Source: Gammaproteobacteria bacterium (GTDB lineage: Bacteria > Pseudomonadota > Gammaproteobacteria > Chromatiales > Chromatiaceae). From it: a stretch of 64,000 nucleotides of DNA. The DNA is taken from positions 747 through 64,746 of the forward strand of contig JAAGZL010000342.1 of NCBI GenBank assembly GCA_024206335.1, given 5' to 3'. A program made the position numbers and the translations under genes. Positions 45,642 through 56,234 of this stretch are shown one piece after another; the stretch's first letter is position 1; each line of letters starts with the position of its first letter. Below the pieces are notes generated by a model, which saw only the letters and a program-made list of their open reading frames with translations, was not told the DNA's origin and did no database searches.

Positions 45642-48600
45642 ATGACCACCAATGAGTGCGCAAAAAAGCTGCCGGACATTTTTGATCAGCTGGTTAACTA
45701 CGTACTTACCCACTTTGATCGTGAAGAGCAGTTGATGCAGCGGGTGCAATATCCAGGATTGGAAAAACACCAGCTCCAACATGAAAAACTTGCATCCAAA
45801 CTCACCCAGCTAAAGGAACAGGCAAATTCTCAGGATATGGGGTTTATATCTATTGAACTTGCAGAGTTCCTGCGTAGCTGGCTGCTCAATCACATCGCCA
45901 TGGACGACCTGCAACTAAGACCTTACTTTGCAGATGCAGGCCTAATGGATACTCCAGAGATTGAATCGTCTAGCCAGACACATCCTCCTGAACGATGGGG
46001 ATTTGTTAGACGGCTGCACCTCAGGCAACGCTTCACGCTTCTGGCAATATTACACTCGATGGGCGTACTGTTTCTGGGCGCCATTGTCATGTTCAGTTCA
46101 TGGCAGGAGGTAACCCATATCAGAGCCGCAACCCGCATCAACGAACTGGTGCCCTTGGCGGGCCATCTTCTAACCGAATTACAACGCGAGCGTGGTCTTC
46201 ACAGCGGCCTATCCCGGTGGGGGCCGTCACGCTTTGGCCCGCACGTGGACAGACAAAAACAAAACACCAACAAGGCACTGACGGCATATCTTGCCGCAGA
46301 CCCCGGATCCCGAGCAGAAGCCACTGACGCCACATTGACGCGAAGTATTAATGACGCTCTCGAGCGCCTGACTCAGATCGAGTCGATAAGCAAATCAGCA
46401 CAGGCCCCAGGGCAATCACCCAGGACAATCATCAGTCACTACTCACTGGTGGTTGATGCACTTCTGGACCTGGTTGATGACATCGTCGCCATTAGCGTTC
46501 CTGAGGAGGCAAGAGACACCGCTAACGCCTACAGTGCCCTTTTACATCTACGTGAATTCCTGGGCCGGGAGCGCGCGCTGGGCACGACGTTGTTCGGCGC
46601 AGACTCACCACCGCCGGCCATGGTCAACTGGTTCTCCGGCCTGATCACTGCCCAATCCTGGCGAGAGCATCAGTTCAAACTCAACACACCTGCCAACATT
46701 CTTGAACTGTTTAAACAACTACAATCCACACCCGCACACAAACAACTTGAAGATCTACGCCAGAGGATCTTGGCTCCAAGCACAAGGGACACCACGGATG
46801 AGATCGATCCACTACTTTGGTTTCAGACCGCGACACAAAACATCGATGCCATCATCGCTATCGAAGGCCAACTACTAGGTAGCCTGGAGGAACAGACACT
46901 TACCAGTTTGACTTACGCAGGAAACAAACTGATTGTTTTCGGCTGTGCCGCCGCACTGTTTACACTCATCATCGTACTACTGGTAAAACTTTTGGCCCGC
47001 AGCATTACGCAGCCATTGACCCACCTATCCCAAGGTCTGCTAGCGTTAGCAGGTGGGGATCGTATGGTAAGGGTCCATGGCATTTCACGAACAGATGAAC
47101 TGGGTGAACTTGCACGTGCATTTGAAATATTTCGATCCAGCCTTATACGCACCGATCTGGCACTGGCAGAAAATAAGACCGACATCTCAAACATTGAGTA
47201 CGTTCAACGCTATTTCTCTCATCTCTCGCAGGCGGTGAAACAACTACCGGTTTCAGTGGTGATCACAGATATCGAAGGAAATATTGAGTACGTAAACCAG
47301 TTCTTCGAATCTATTACTGGTTTTTCCAGCAATGAGGCCATCAAGATGTCGCTCCTCTCAATACTCTCTGGGAGTATAGGCGCAACCAAGCTTAATAAAA
47401 TCTGGCGTAATGTACTCGCAGGAGAGATCTGGGAGGGTGAGATATTGACGCACTCAAGATCTGGAACAACGTACTGGAAGTTGGTCAGCCTTTCCGCCAT
47501 CGTCGATAAAGGGCAAGTGATCGGTGTGGTTTATATCGGCCAGGATATTTCCGATCGCAAACGACAGGAAGATGCTATCGAACATCAGGCCAGTCATGAC
47601 ATTCTTACCAACCTTCCCAACCGAATATTAATGTTTGATCGCCTGAAAAGCTCTATCTCCCAGATGAAGCGCAGTCAACAAAAACTTGCACTGATGTTTC
47701 TGGACCTGGACGATTTCAAACGCGTAAACGATACCATGGGACACAACGTCGGTGACGTGATGCTGATTGAAACCGCGCAACGCCTTACACATGCCGTACG
47801 CGCCAGCGATACGGTTGCCCGTCAGGGTGGTGATGAGTTTCTGATTCTGGTGCCAGACCTCACCAATCAGTCAGATGCCGAGCCCATTGCGGAAAAAGTC
47901 CTAACCGCACTGAGCAAACCGTTCATGATAAATGGCATGCACCTACCCATCAGCGCGAGCATTGGTTTTGCATTCTATCCCGATGATGGTGATGACACAC
48001 AACTTCTGCTAAGCAAGGCAGACGCAGCAATGTATCAGGCAAAAGCGGATGGTGGTGGGAAGTATCGGTATTTCGACGCATCAATGAAGGATTCGGCAAC
48101 CCGGCAGTTGAACATTGAGCAAAGATTGTACCAGGCGCTGGATAACGGGGAGTTGTATTTGGTCTACCAACCATTGGTGGAAATCAACACCGGCCAGGTT
48201 GTCGGTGCCGAAGTCCTGGTGCGTTGGGATGATGAGATATTTGGTGAGGTCAGCCCAGAAGAATTCATTCCGATTGCGGAGCAGACCGGCTTGATCATCC
48301 CGATTGGAAGTTGGGTACTAGACAGCGCTATCAGGCAGACACAAATCTGGCGACAAATGGGGCATACCAACTTCAGGATTTCCATCAATGTCTCACCACG
48401 CCAGCTTCATGAAAGTAACTTTGTTGAGATGCTACAAGCCTCTCTGGAGACGGTTGGATTACCAGTCAACGCACTGCAACTGGAAGTCACAGAAGGATTA
48501 TTAATGCGCAGTGAAGAACCCGTGCGCAAACTGCTTGACGGTCTAATCAAGACCGGAGTTGGCATCGTTATGGATGACTTTGGTACTGGTTACTCATCCC

Positions 48601-48872
48601 TGAGTCATTTGAGGAAATATCCATTCAACAGCATAAAGATCGACCGTAGCTTCATTAAGGACATCACAACCGATCCAGGAGATGCGGCACTGGTCGCGGC
48701 CTCTATCGCCATGGGCAAAGCACTCTCCCTAAGCGTCACAGCCGAGGGTGTCGAAACTCAAACACAATTAACCAAACTACAACGCATGGGGTGCGATATA
48801 GGACAGGGGCATTTATTCTCCCATCCACTACCACCGGATGAGTTTGCACAGTTATTTACCGATCCAAATTGA
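45642..48872 (+). CDS. Hemerythrin-NIT-HAMP-PAS-GGDEF-EAL signalling protein (N-terminus truncated by an upstream in-frame TAG)
   Basis: Hemerythrin ligand motifs THFDREE, HQLQHEKL and NHIAMDD. NIT-like ELQRERGLHSGLS. TM plus HAMP. PAS. RQGGDEFLIL. An EAL-type domain (YQPLV...EVLVRW...DDFGTGYSSL). The first hemerythrin helix lies at 45540-45614, before the stop. Confidence 0.8.
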   Translation: MTTNECAKKLPDIFDQLVNYVLTHFDREEQLMQRVQYPGLEKHQLQHEKLASKLTQLKEQANSQDMGFISIELAEFLRSWLLNHIAMDDLQLRPYFADAGLMDTPEIESSSQTHPPERWGFVRRLHLRQRFTLLAILHSMGVLFLGAIVMFSSWQEVTHIRAATRINELVPLAGHLLTELQRERGLHSGLSRWGPSRFGPHVDRQKQNTNKALTAYLAADPGSRAEATDATLTRSINDALERLTQIESISKSAQAPGQSPRTIISHYSLVVDALLDLVDDIVAISVPEEARDTANAYSALLHLREFLGRERALGTTLFGADSPPPAMVNWFSGLITAQSWREHQFKLNTPANILELFKQLQSTPAHKQLEDLRQRILAPSTRDTTDEIDPLLWFQTATQNIDAIIAIEGQLLGSLEEQTLTSLTYAGNKLIVFGCAAALFTLIIVLLVKLLARSITQPLTHLSQGLLALAGGDRMVRVHGISRTDELGELARAFEIFRSSLIRTDLALAENKTDISNIEYVQRYFSHLSQAVKQLPVSVVITDIEGNIEYVNQFFESITGFSSNEAIKMSLLSILSGSIGATKLNKIWRNVLAGEIWEGEILTHSRSGTTYWKLVSLSAIVDKGQVIGVVYIGQDISDRKRQEDAIEHQASHDILTNLPNRILMFDRLKSSISQMKRSQQKLALMFLDLDDFKRVNDTMGHNVGDVMLIETAQRLTHAVRASDTVARQGGDEFLILVPDLTNQSDAEPIAEKVLTALSKPFMINGMHLPISASIGFAFYPDDGDDTQLLLSKADAAMYQAKADGGGKYRYFDASMKDSATRQLNIEQRLYQALDNGELYLVYQPLVEINTGQVVGAEVLVRWDDEIFGEVSPEEFIPIAEQTGLIIPIGSWVLDSAIRQTQIWRQMGHTNFRISINVSPRQLHESNFVEMLQASLETVGLPVNALQLEVTEGLLMRSEEPVRKLLDGLIKTGVGIVMDDFGTGYSSLSHLRKYPFNSIKIDRSFIKDITTDPGDAALVAASIAMGKALSLSVTAEGVETQTQLTKLQRMGCDIGQGHLFSHPLPPDEFAQLFTDPN

Positions 48873-48959
48873 ATATCAGCTATAACGCAATATCCAGATC
48901 CTGTAGACGCAGCTTGCTGTTCTCACCTTATACAAAAGGCGGAGCATTCAGCCTGAGTG

Positions 48960-50063
<1,104 letters not shown>

Positions 50064-50170
50064 CTAGAATGAATATGGGTTGACATGCGTGTTAGAATAT
50101 TAGAAGATTCTATTATTCTGATTCGCAAGCAATGCCTGTTTCGATTCAGATTCCTCCTTTAGTGGTTTAG

Positions 50171-50199
50171 GCGCGGTATCATCTACCGCGCTTTTTTTT
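50171..50199 (+). terminator. Terminator-shaped hairpin oriented against the flanking genes
   Basis: GCGCGGTA-tcatc-TACCGCGC followed by T8 on the plus strand. Both neighbours (queA, tgt) are on the minus strand, where the element reads A8-hairpin with no U-tract. Confidence 0.4.
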
Positions 50200-50214
50200 G
50201 TCTGTAATATTTGT

Positions 50215-51243
50215 CTACCCTGTTTGCCTGGTCAGAAACATCGCATCCCCATAGCTGAAAAAGCGATATTTCTGTTCCACCGCATGGCCGTATGCGGCCA
50301 TCAGGTGATCATAACCCGCAAATGCCGACACCAGCATCAACAGTGTCGATTCCGGCAGATGGAAGTTGGTCAGCATGGCATCCACCGTATTAAAGCGGTA
50401 ACCGGGGCGAATGAACAGCCGGGTTTCACCCTCAAACGGTTTCAACTCACCACCTGCCGATGCCGCCTCCAGGCTACGTACACTGGTGGTCCCAACTGCA
50501 ACCACCCTCCCCCCGCGCTGGCGCGTGGCGGCCACAGCTGCACACACCGTGGCATCTACCTCCACCCGTTCGCTGTGCATCTTATGCTCATCCAACTGCT
50601 GCACCCGCACCGGCTGAAAGGTCCCGGCCCCCACATGCAGGGTGACCTTGGCACTCTCCACCCCCATATCCACAAGACGCTGCAACATCTGCTCATCAAA
50701 ATGCAGCCCGGCAGTGGGTGCGGCCACCGCTCCCGGACGTTGGGCGTAGACGGTCTGATAACGCTCCAGATCCAGCTCCTCATCCCCCCTCTGCACATAG
50801 GGCGGAAGCGGCATATGCCCATATTGCTCCATCAGGGTCATCATATCCTGCCCCGGTGAGATCAGCTCAAACAGATCCCCCTGGCGCCCCACTACCTCCA
50901 ATACAGCACCATCGGCCACGGTAATCGCGGTTCCGGGTTTTGGAGATTTACTGGCCCGGATCTGGGCCAGGGCACGCTCTGCCCCCAGCACCCGCTCCAC
51001 CAGGATCTCCACCTTACCGCCGGTCTGCTTCTGTCCATACATGCGCGCAGGTATAACCCGGGTATCGTTGAATACCAGGAGATCGCCCGGTTGCAGCAGA
51101 TCGGTGAGATCGGGAAACCTGAGATCAGACACGGCCCCGCTATTCCCATCCAGGGTAAGCAGACGGCTGCCAGAGCGCTTCTCAGTAGGATACTGGGCGA
51201 TCAGATCCTGCGGCAGATGGTAATGAAAATCAGACAATTGCAT
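50215..51243 (-). CDS. queA: S-adenosylmethionine:tRNA ribosyltransferase-isomerase
   Basis: [19 protein letters not shown]...SRLL... and ...GDAMFL are canonical QueA ends. Confidence 0.95.
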   Translation of the reverse strand: MQLSDFHYHLPQDLIAQYPTEKRSGSRLLTLDGNSGAVSDLRFPDLTDLLQPGDLLVFNDTRVIPARMYGQKQTGGKVEILVERVLGAERALAQIRASKSPKPGTAITVADGAVLEVVGRQGDLFELISPGQDMMTLMEQYGHMPLPPYVQRGDEELDLERYQTVYAQRPGAVAAPTAGLHFDEQMLQRLVDMGVESAKVTLHVGAGTFQPVRVQQLDEHKMHSERVEVDATVCAAVAATRQRGGRVVAVGTTSVRSLEAASAGGELKPFEGETRLFIRPGYRFNTVDAMLTNFHLPESTLLMLVSAFAGYDHLMAAYGHAVEQKYRFFSYGDAMFLTRQTG

Positions 51244-51348
51244 AGCGGCGGAATCTTACCAGCCATTAATGCATAGCAAAAGGCATTGTAAGCTTGATAA
51301 GAAAAAGGAAATGGCTATACTTATGCCCTTCCTAAAGGTACTACCTAC

Positions 51349-51435
51349 GCCGGGGTGGTGAAATTGGTAGACACAGGGGATTCAAAATCCCCCGGGAGCA
51401 ATCCCTTGCCGGTTCGAGTCCGGCCCCCGGTACCA
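51349..51435 (+). tRNA. tRNA-Leu (anticodon CAA)
   Basis: 87 nt with a cloverleaf readable by eye. Acceptor GCCGGGG/CCCCGGT, D-arm GTGGTGAAATTGGTAGACAC, anticodon stem GGGGA/TCCCC with loop TTCAAAA, long variable arm, T-arm GCCGGTTCGAGTCCGGC, and an encoded CCA. Confidence 0.9.
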
Positions 51436-51727
51436 GACCTACTAAACACTCGGCCTGCGGCAAACTTGCCTTCGAACACAAACTTGCCGCGTTCTGAAGT
51501 TCAGGATTGTGAGTTTGTTCCAAAATATGCGTCAACATATTGCATCCCAGAGGTAGTGATAAGCGGGGCATCCAATTTTGAAAATCCAACGTACATTTTC
51601 AACCAGTGCCAGCGACTATCTGCTCAAACCATTGGTCGGTAACTTATTGAGAGTTCGTCTGAGTATGCTATTAAAGCTGAGGGCTGGCAATTCTCATACC
51701 ACGGTCGCTACAAATAATGAAAAAGTA

Positions 51728-54376
51728 CTAGTCAAGGCAGGCAACTGCCCGCTTTCCAAGTAAACTAAATGACTCAGCAGCAATGGGAATCAGAACCTGG
51801 GCATCTGCAATGGCCTGCTTCTCATCTCCATCCTGGCAAAGACGCTCAACCCGGCGCGCCAGGTAATGGAGCCGCATATTGCCATGAGCCGCTGCACTGC
51901 TTCCAATAGTATGGGTCTCAAACTCAAGTGTTTTCAGGTCATGTTCACGAAGTGCTATTTGAATAATCTCAACCCGTTTCCTGGCATCACTGATATAGAG
52001 CTCAACCAGTTCCGGGACAATTTCTGGTGCCGTATCTCTTGCCAACTGCTGCAATACCGACTCATCTAACAACGCACCTTCATCAATAGCTACCGTTGAT
52101 TTGTCAGACACATCATCCTGCTGCAGTTTATCTCCAGACCCAGTCCAGTGGGCGATACACTGCAGTACTTTCATTCGATCGATCGGCTTTGTCAGAAAGT
52201 CATTCATACCTGTGGCCAGAAATCTCTCCTTGTCACCAGACAAGGCATGAGCAGTAACGGCAACAATTGGGATTTTACTTTCCGGTCCTGACAGTTGACG
52301 GATTATCCCAGTGGCTTCCATACCATCCATCCGCGGCATTGAGATATCCATCAGTACTATATCGTAAGGGATGGTGCGCACCGCCTCTACCACCTCCTCT
52401 CCGTTGGCCACAATATCCACCTGCAAACCCGCATATTCCAGCATCATCTTGACCACCATCTGATTGGCCGGGTTGTCTTCTGCCAGCAGGATACGCGTGT
52501 TGGTCGCCGGAAGCTGTCCTGGCTCTTCAGTTTCAGGCTCAGCATCACATTCACTTTTATCAGCCAACCCCATCTGAATATTAAAATAGAATGTGCTGCC
52601 AACCCCAGGCTCGCTGGAAAAACCTATGTTTCCATGCATTAGACTGACCAGGCGTTTGCAGATAGCAAGACCCAAACCGGTACCTTCATGGGTCCTGGAG
52701 TGAGAGGGATCGGCCATGGTGAACTTGTCAAACAGTACGTCGTGATACTCCTTGTCAATCCCAACACCGGTATCCTCTACTGTGCAACAAAGCTTGCTGA
52801 TATCACCCTCATCAGGGGTTGCCGATACCTTGATGGTTACGCCACCTGTTGGGGTGAATTTGATAGCGTTACTAATCAGGTTGAGCAGGATTTGGCGCAG
52901 ACGATCGGGGTCACCTTTTACATAGATAGGGAGGTCATCATCCAGCTTTAAAACCAGTGAAAGACTCTTTTTGTTGGCTTGATGCTGTAGTAGTTCAATG
53001 GTTTGCGTCAACAGTCTGTGCAGGTTAAATCCTATATGCTCCAGTTTCATCCTGTCCGCCTCCATCTTGGAGAAGTCCAGGATATCGTTGATGATGGTCA
53101 GCAACAGCTCTCCCGATTCACGACCTGTGCGGATAAAATGCTGCTGTTCTGCATTCAGCGGAGTCTCTTTAAGCAACCCCAAAATACCCAGCACGGCATT
53201 CAGTGGGGTACGAATCTCATGGCTCATTGTTGCCAGAAACCCAGACTTGGCGCGGCTGGCGCTAAGGGCTGCATCATGAGCTAGTTCCAACTCCTGAGTC
53301 CGTTCCCTGACACGTCTATCCAGGAGTTCATTAGCCTGCTCCAAAGAACTCTCGCGCTGATGTATGGTCTCAGCCATTGCCATTATATCGCCGTGAAGGG
53401 AATTTAACTCCTCTATTCTGTGGTTTGACATCCTGATATCGGAGGGTCTTTTTTTGCCATCTCGGCGCCGAAATTGACCATTCGCGATCAGATTTGCAAC
53501 TCCTCTTAGCTCTTCAATCGGGTCTATAAACATCTTCCGACTCAGAAAAAATATCGCTGCAATAGCAACAAAAGCGAGGACAAATATCATAAACACGAAA
53601 TTTTGCAGGATTGCATCCCTAACATTCAGCAGGCCGCTACTGTCCAGGTAGCCAACAAGCCGCAACTGCATCTCAGGTAGATCAATTATACTTTTTTGCC
53701 CTTCCTGAATATTTGGGCCCAGTGATACAAGCAGGTCATTACCATAAAATAACTGTAACTGCTCAGACTTGATATCATCCGGCCAATTGTAATTGGTCGA
53801 GATAGCTTTGGCAGGAATCTCGGTAAGAAGCAATCCTTCAGGTGCATTGTTGTATAGAATTGGCGTCGCAAAGGTCAGAAAGTAAAGACCTTCTGCTTCA
53901 TGGATTCCAAAGTATCTATCTATCTCTCCATCCATCATTCGACTTACCCACTCTTCTTTACGGTAATCAAACGCAGGGGTCGATAGGGTAGAATTAATGG
54001 AGGCTCCCTCAAAATCAAGCAGTGTGAGTTGAACCTGCTTCCCCATAAGCCTTATTCTGCTCATATGGTCTCTGAGATTAGCTCGAAGCACTTTAGGTTG
54101 CATCACTGCCTGAGTGAAAATTGCCTCCCTGGATAGATCCCCAACCAGTTTACCGTGCATTTCTACAAAATGATGAAGCATTGTCTTGTAGGTGGCGATA
54201 CGGCGTTCAAAATCCCGCTGTTGGATTTTTCCAAAATCGGTTTCCAGTGCCTGGTGCATGTATAAAGATATGGTGATACCGAACAGTACAAGTACAATGA
54301 TTAGCACCGCACTTCCTGCCCGCGCAATGGAGATAGTTCTATGCAATGGTTGTCGCAATTTATTGTTGCAACTCAT
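51728..54376 (-). CDS. Hybrid sensor histidine kinase (periplasmic sensor-TM-HisKA-HATPase-REC-Hpt)
   Basis: H-box MSHEIRTPLN, N/G boxes (NLISNAIKFT, DTGVGI, GTGLGLAI), REC (ILLAEDNPANQ...MDISMPRMDG...TKP) and Hpt (HTIGSSAAAHG). Confidence 0.9.
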   Translation of the reverse strand: MSCNNKLRQPLHRTISIARAGSAVLIIVLVLFGITISLYMHQALETDFGKIQQRDFERRIATYKTMLHHFVEMHGKLVGDLSREAIFTQAVMQPKVLRANLRDHMSRIRLMGKQVQLTLLDFEGASINSTLSTPAFDYRKEEWVSRMMDGEIDRYFGIHEAEGLYFLTFATPILYNNAPEGLLLTEIPAKAISTNYNWPDDIKSEQLQLFYGNDLLVSLGPNIQEGQKSIIDLPEMQLRLVGYLDSSGLLNVRDAILQNFVFMIFVLAFVAIAAIFFLSRKMFIDPIEELRGVANLIANGQFRRRDGKKRPSDIRMSNHRIEELNSLHGDIMAMAETIHQRESSLEQANELLDRRVRERTQELELAHDAALSASRAKSGFLATMSHEIRTPLNAVLGILGLLKETPLNAEQQHFIRTGRESGELLLTIINDILDFSKMEADRMKLEHIGFNLHRLLTQTIELLQHQANKKSLSLVLKLDDDLPIYVKGDPDRLRQILLNLISNAIKFTPTGGVTIKVSATPDEGDISKLCCTVEDTGVGIDKEYHDVLFDKFTMADPSHSRTHEGTGLGLAICKRLVSLMHGNIGFSSEPGVGSTFYFNIQMGLADKSECDAEPETEEPGQLPATNTRILLAEDNPANQMVVKMMLEYAGLQVDIVANGEEVVEAVRTIPYDIVLMDISMPRMDGMEATGIIRQLSGPESKIPIVAVTAHALSGDKERFLATGMNDFLTKPIDRMKVLQCIAHWTGSGDKLQQDDVSDKSTVAIDEGALLDESVLQQLARDTAPEIVPELVELYISDARKRVEIIQIALREHDLKTLEFETHTIGSSAAAHGNMRLHYLARRVERLCQDGDEKQAIADAQVLIPIAAESFSLLGKRAVACLD
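51767..53296. repeat. Copy 1 of a gap-free 1.53-kb duplicated kinase transmitter segment
   Basis: Colinear with 56301-57830 at a constant offset of 4534 nt. The offset was checked at 51767/56301, 51866/56400 and 52998/57532. Long identical runs, e.g. GGAGCCGCATATTGCCATGAGCCGCTGCACTGCTTCCAATAG. Confidence 0.85.
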
Positions 54377-54394
54377 CTGTAAATCCAGGCGCCA

Positions 54395-55663
54395 TCATTC
54401 ATGCTCAATGAGTATCTCGTTATTTGGGCCATAATGCGCCATGGTAAAGTCATCTATACCCAGCGCCTCATGGGCATCAGGGTTATCTGCGCTATAACGC
54501 GAAAAAGGCGGATTATAGGTCTTTATAAGACCTTCCACTGGCAGATCCACACCCTCTAGAGCAGTGCGCAGTTTAGGCCTATCCACCTTCATATCTCCAG
54601 TCATACCCACCTGGTTTACGGCGGCAATCAGTATCCTGGTCAAATCATAGGCATGGATAAAGCCAGAGGGTGCCTTGATATCTTCCGGTCGTTGAATATC
54701 TTTTGGAAACAGGTTACGGGCCTGTTCCAGTACTTGTTGCTGGAATGGCGTCAACTCATCTAAAAATGAAAATTTCGTCTGAATAAAGTCAAGATTTATC
54801 TGCTTACGAATTTCATGCCCGACTACCTCAGAAAAATCTCCTCCAGTGATCCCCCAGTGACTAAATATGGGCAATCGTTGATCAACATGCATGGACTTCA
54901 TTGCTCGCACAATAACCTTTCCTTCCGGAGCATTGGCAACAAGAAATAGTGCATCGGCACCACTCTGATTAATATCTCTTAACAGAATTCTTGCACCCTC
55001 TTCTGTAAGGCCCCAGTTGAACCACTTAACCACTGCCGGTGCCAGCCCCTTTTCCAGCAACGCCCTGGTCATGGTTTTCTGATTTGATTTCCCCCATCCT
55101 GTCTGTTCAAGCAACAACGCTGGTTTTTTAATTTTTGCCTTCTTAACGGCGTGGTTAGTGATCACATAACCAGCCTTAGTATCATCTATTGAGAGACGAA
55201 ATATCCAATTGAGTCCTGAAGAGTAGCGTGTGATCGGACCAGCCGCCGCCCATGGATCAAGCACAAGAATCCCATTGGTATGGATATATTCCCTGGTTGC
55301 CAGCAGCGGAGGTGAATGCAGCCCAGAAAAAAGCACAAGAGCCGTTGGATCATTCAGGTATTTTTGAAGGTGTTTTTTTGCCCGCGGAGTGCTACCGTGG
55401 TGATCCATAATTTCAAGGGACACGTCGCGTCCACCAAGTTTATTTCCAACCTCAGACAGGGCTGTCCTGATGCCCTGTTCAATCGAGATACCTGATGCTT
55501 TGGTACCAGTTCTGTCAGTACTAAGATATATGGTTATTTTCTTGTGGTTGCCGCCAAGGACTGTGGTAGTCGCAAATAACAATGGAATGCAAAATGTGAG
55601 AATTGACAGAAATGAAGCTCTGGCTTTCCTGCCATTAACAATTAACTGTTTCAGTTCAATCAT
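54395..55663 (-). CDS. Periplasmic type-1 solute-binding protein (LivJ/Peripla_BP_6-like), paired with the downstream kinase
   Basis: Signal anchor followed by a binding-protein fold pattern. Its stop is 18 nt before the kinase start. Confidence 0.75.
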   Translation of the reverse strand: MIELKQLIVNGRKARASFLSILTFCIPLLFATTTVLGGNHKKITIYLSTDRTGTKASGISIEQGIRTALSEVGNKLGGRDVSLEIMDHHGSTPRAKKHLQKYLNDPTALVLFSGLHSPPLLATREYIHTNGILVLDPWAAAGPITRYSSGLNWIFRLSIDDTKAGYVITNHAVKKAKIKKPALLLEQTGWGKSNQKTMTRALLEKGLAPAVVKWFNWGLTEEGARILLRDINQSGADALFLVANAPEGKVIVRAMKSMHVDQRLPIFSHWGITGGDFSEVVGHEIRKQINLDFIQTKFSFLDELTPFQQQVLEQARNLFPKDIQRPEDIKAPSGFIHAYDLTRILIAAVNQVGMTGDMKVDRPKLRTALEGVDLPVEGLIKTYNPPFSRYSADNPDAHEALGIDDFTMAHYGPNNEILIEHE

Positions 55664-55803
55664 GCGCTTTATTCTCCAATTGCCACATTCACAAATACAA
55701 ATATCTGCATACTTGCATAACCAGATTTATGCTGTCGAATTTAACAGTTGTGTGATACTAACCTGGCCCAGAATAACGCCAGCATCTATTCAACTTTACC
55801 GGT

Positions 55804-56217
55804 TTATGTACGAAAAATATCCCAGAGGTGCATATCGGGAAATATATCTATCCCCATTGTTGATTTAAGATAGTAGATAATCACAAAGCCAGCAACTAAC
55901 AAGACAAAAAGAATATTCCAGATCAGTGTAAAAACCAGGGTAAAACCAGCCGCTTGAGAACTATCTCTACGTCTTTCCAGCAGAATTTTACGAGTTGAAC
56001 GTCGCAGATCACGCCCGAGAAGAAAAACAATATAGTAGCGAGCAAAGTAGAGTGGAATGCTAACTCGCGCATCAATCATATGCCTGGATCGATCATGCGC
56101 CGTGGCAAGTGCAGTACGAAGCGCCGTTAGTTGATCAGAACTAAAACCACGTCGAATCTCCAAAGGAATATTGGCGAGTATATTTTCAGTAAATGGATCT
56201 CTGTACTTTTCGTCCAT
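55804..56217 (-). CDS. Small membrane protein, unknown function
   Basis: 137-aa ORF with two predicted TM helices, lying between the two kinase modules. Confidence 0.45.
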   Translation of the reverse strand: MDEKYRDPFTENILANIPLEIRRGFSSDQLTALRTALATAHDRSRHMIDARVSIPLYFARYYIVFLLGRDLRRSTRKILLERRRDSSQAAGFTLVFTLIWNILFVLLVAGFVIIYYLKSTMGIDIFPDMHLWDIFRT

Positions 56218-56234
56218 AAGCTTGCCTATATTAT

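Noticed and set aside
51349-51435. G1-U72 wobble at the top of the tRNA-Leu acceptor stem, as a possible anomaly
   Set aside because: As I recall, the same G-U pairing occurs in at least one E. coli tRNA-Leu isoacceptor. The rest of the cloverleaf is canonical.
51436-51727. Integrase or attachment site downstream of tRNA-Leu
   Set aside because: There is no recombinase ORF. I saw only a CAAACTTGCC direct repeat (about 51465-51500) and short palindromes, and no copy of the tRNA 3' end.
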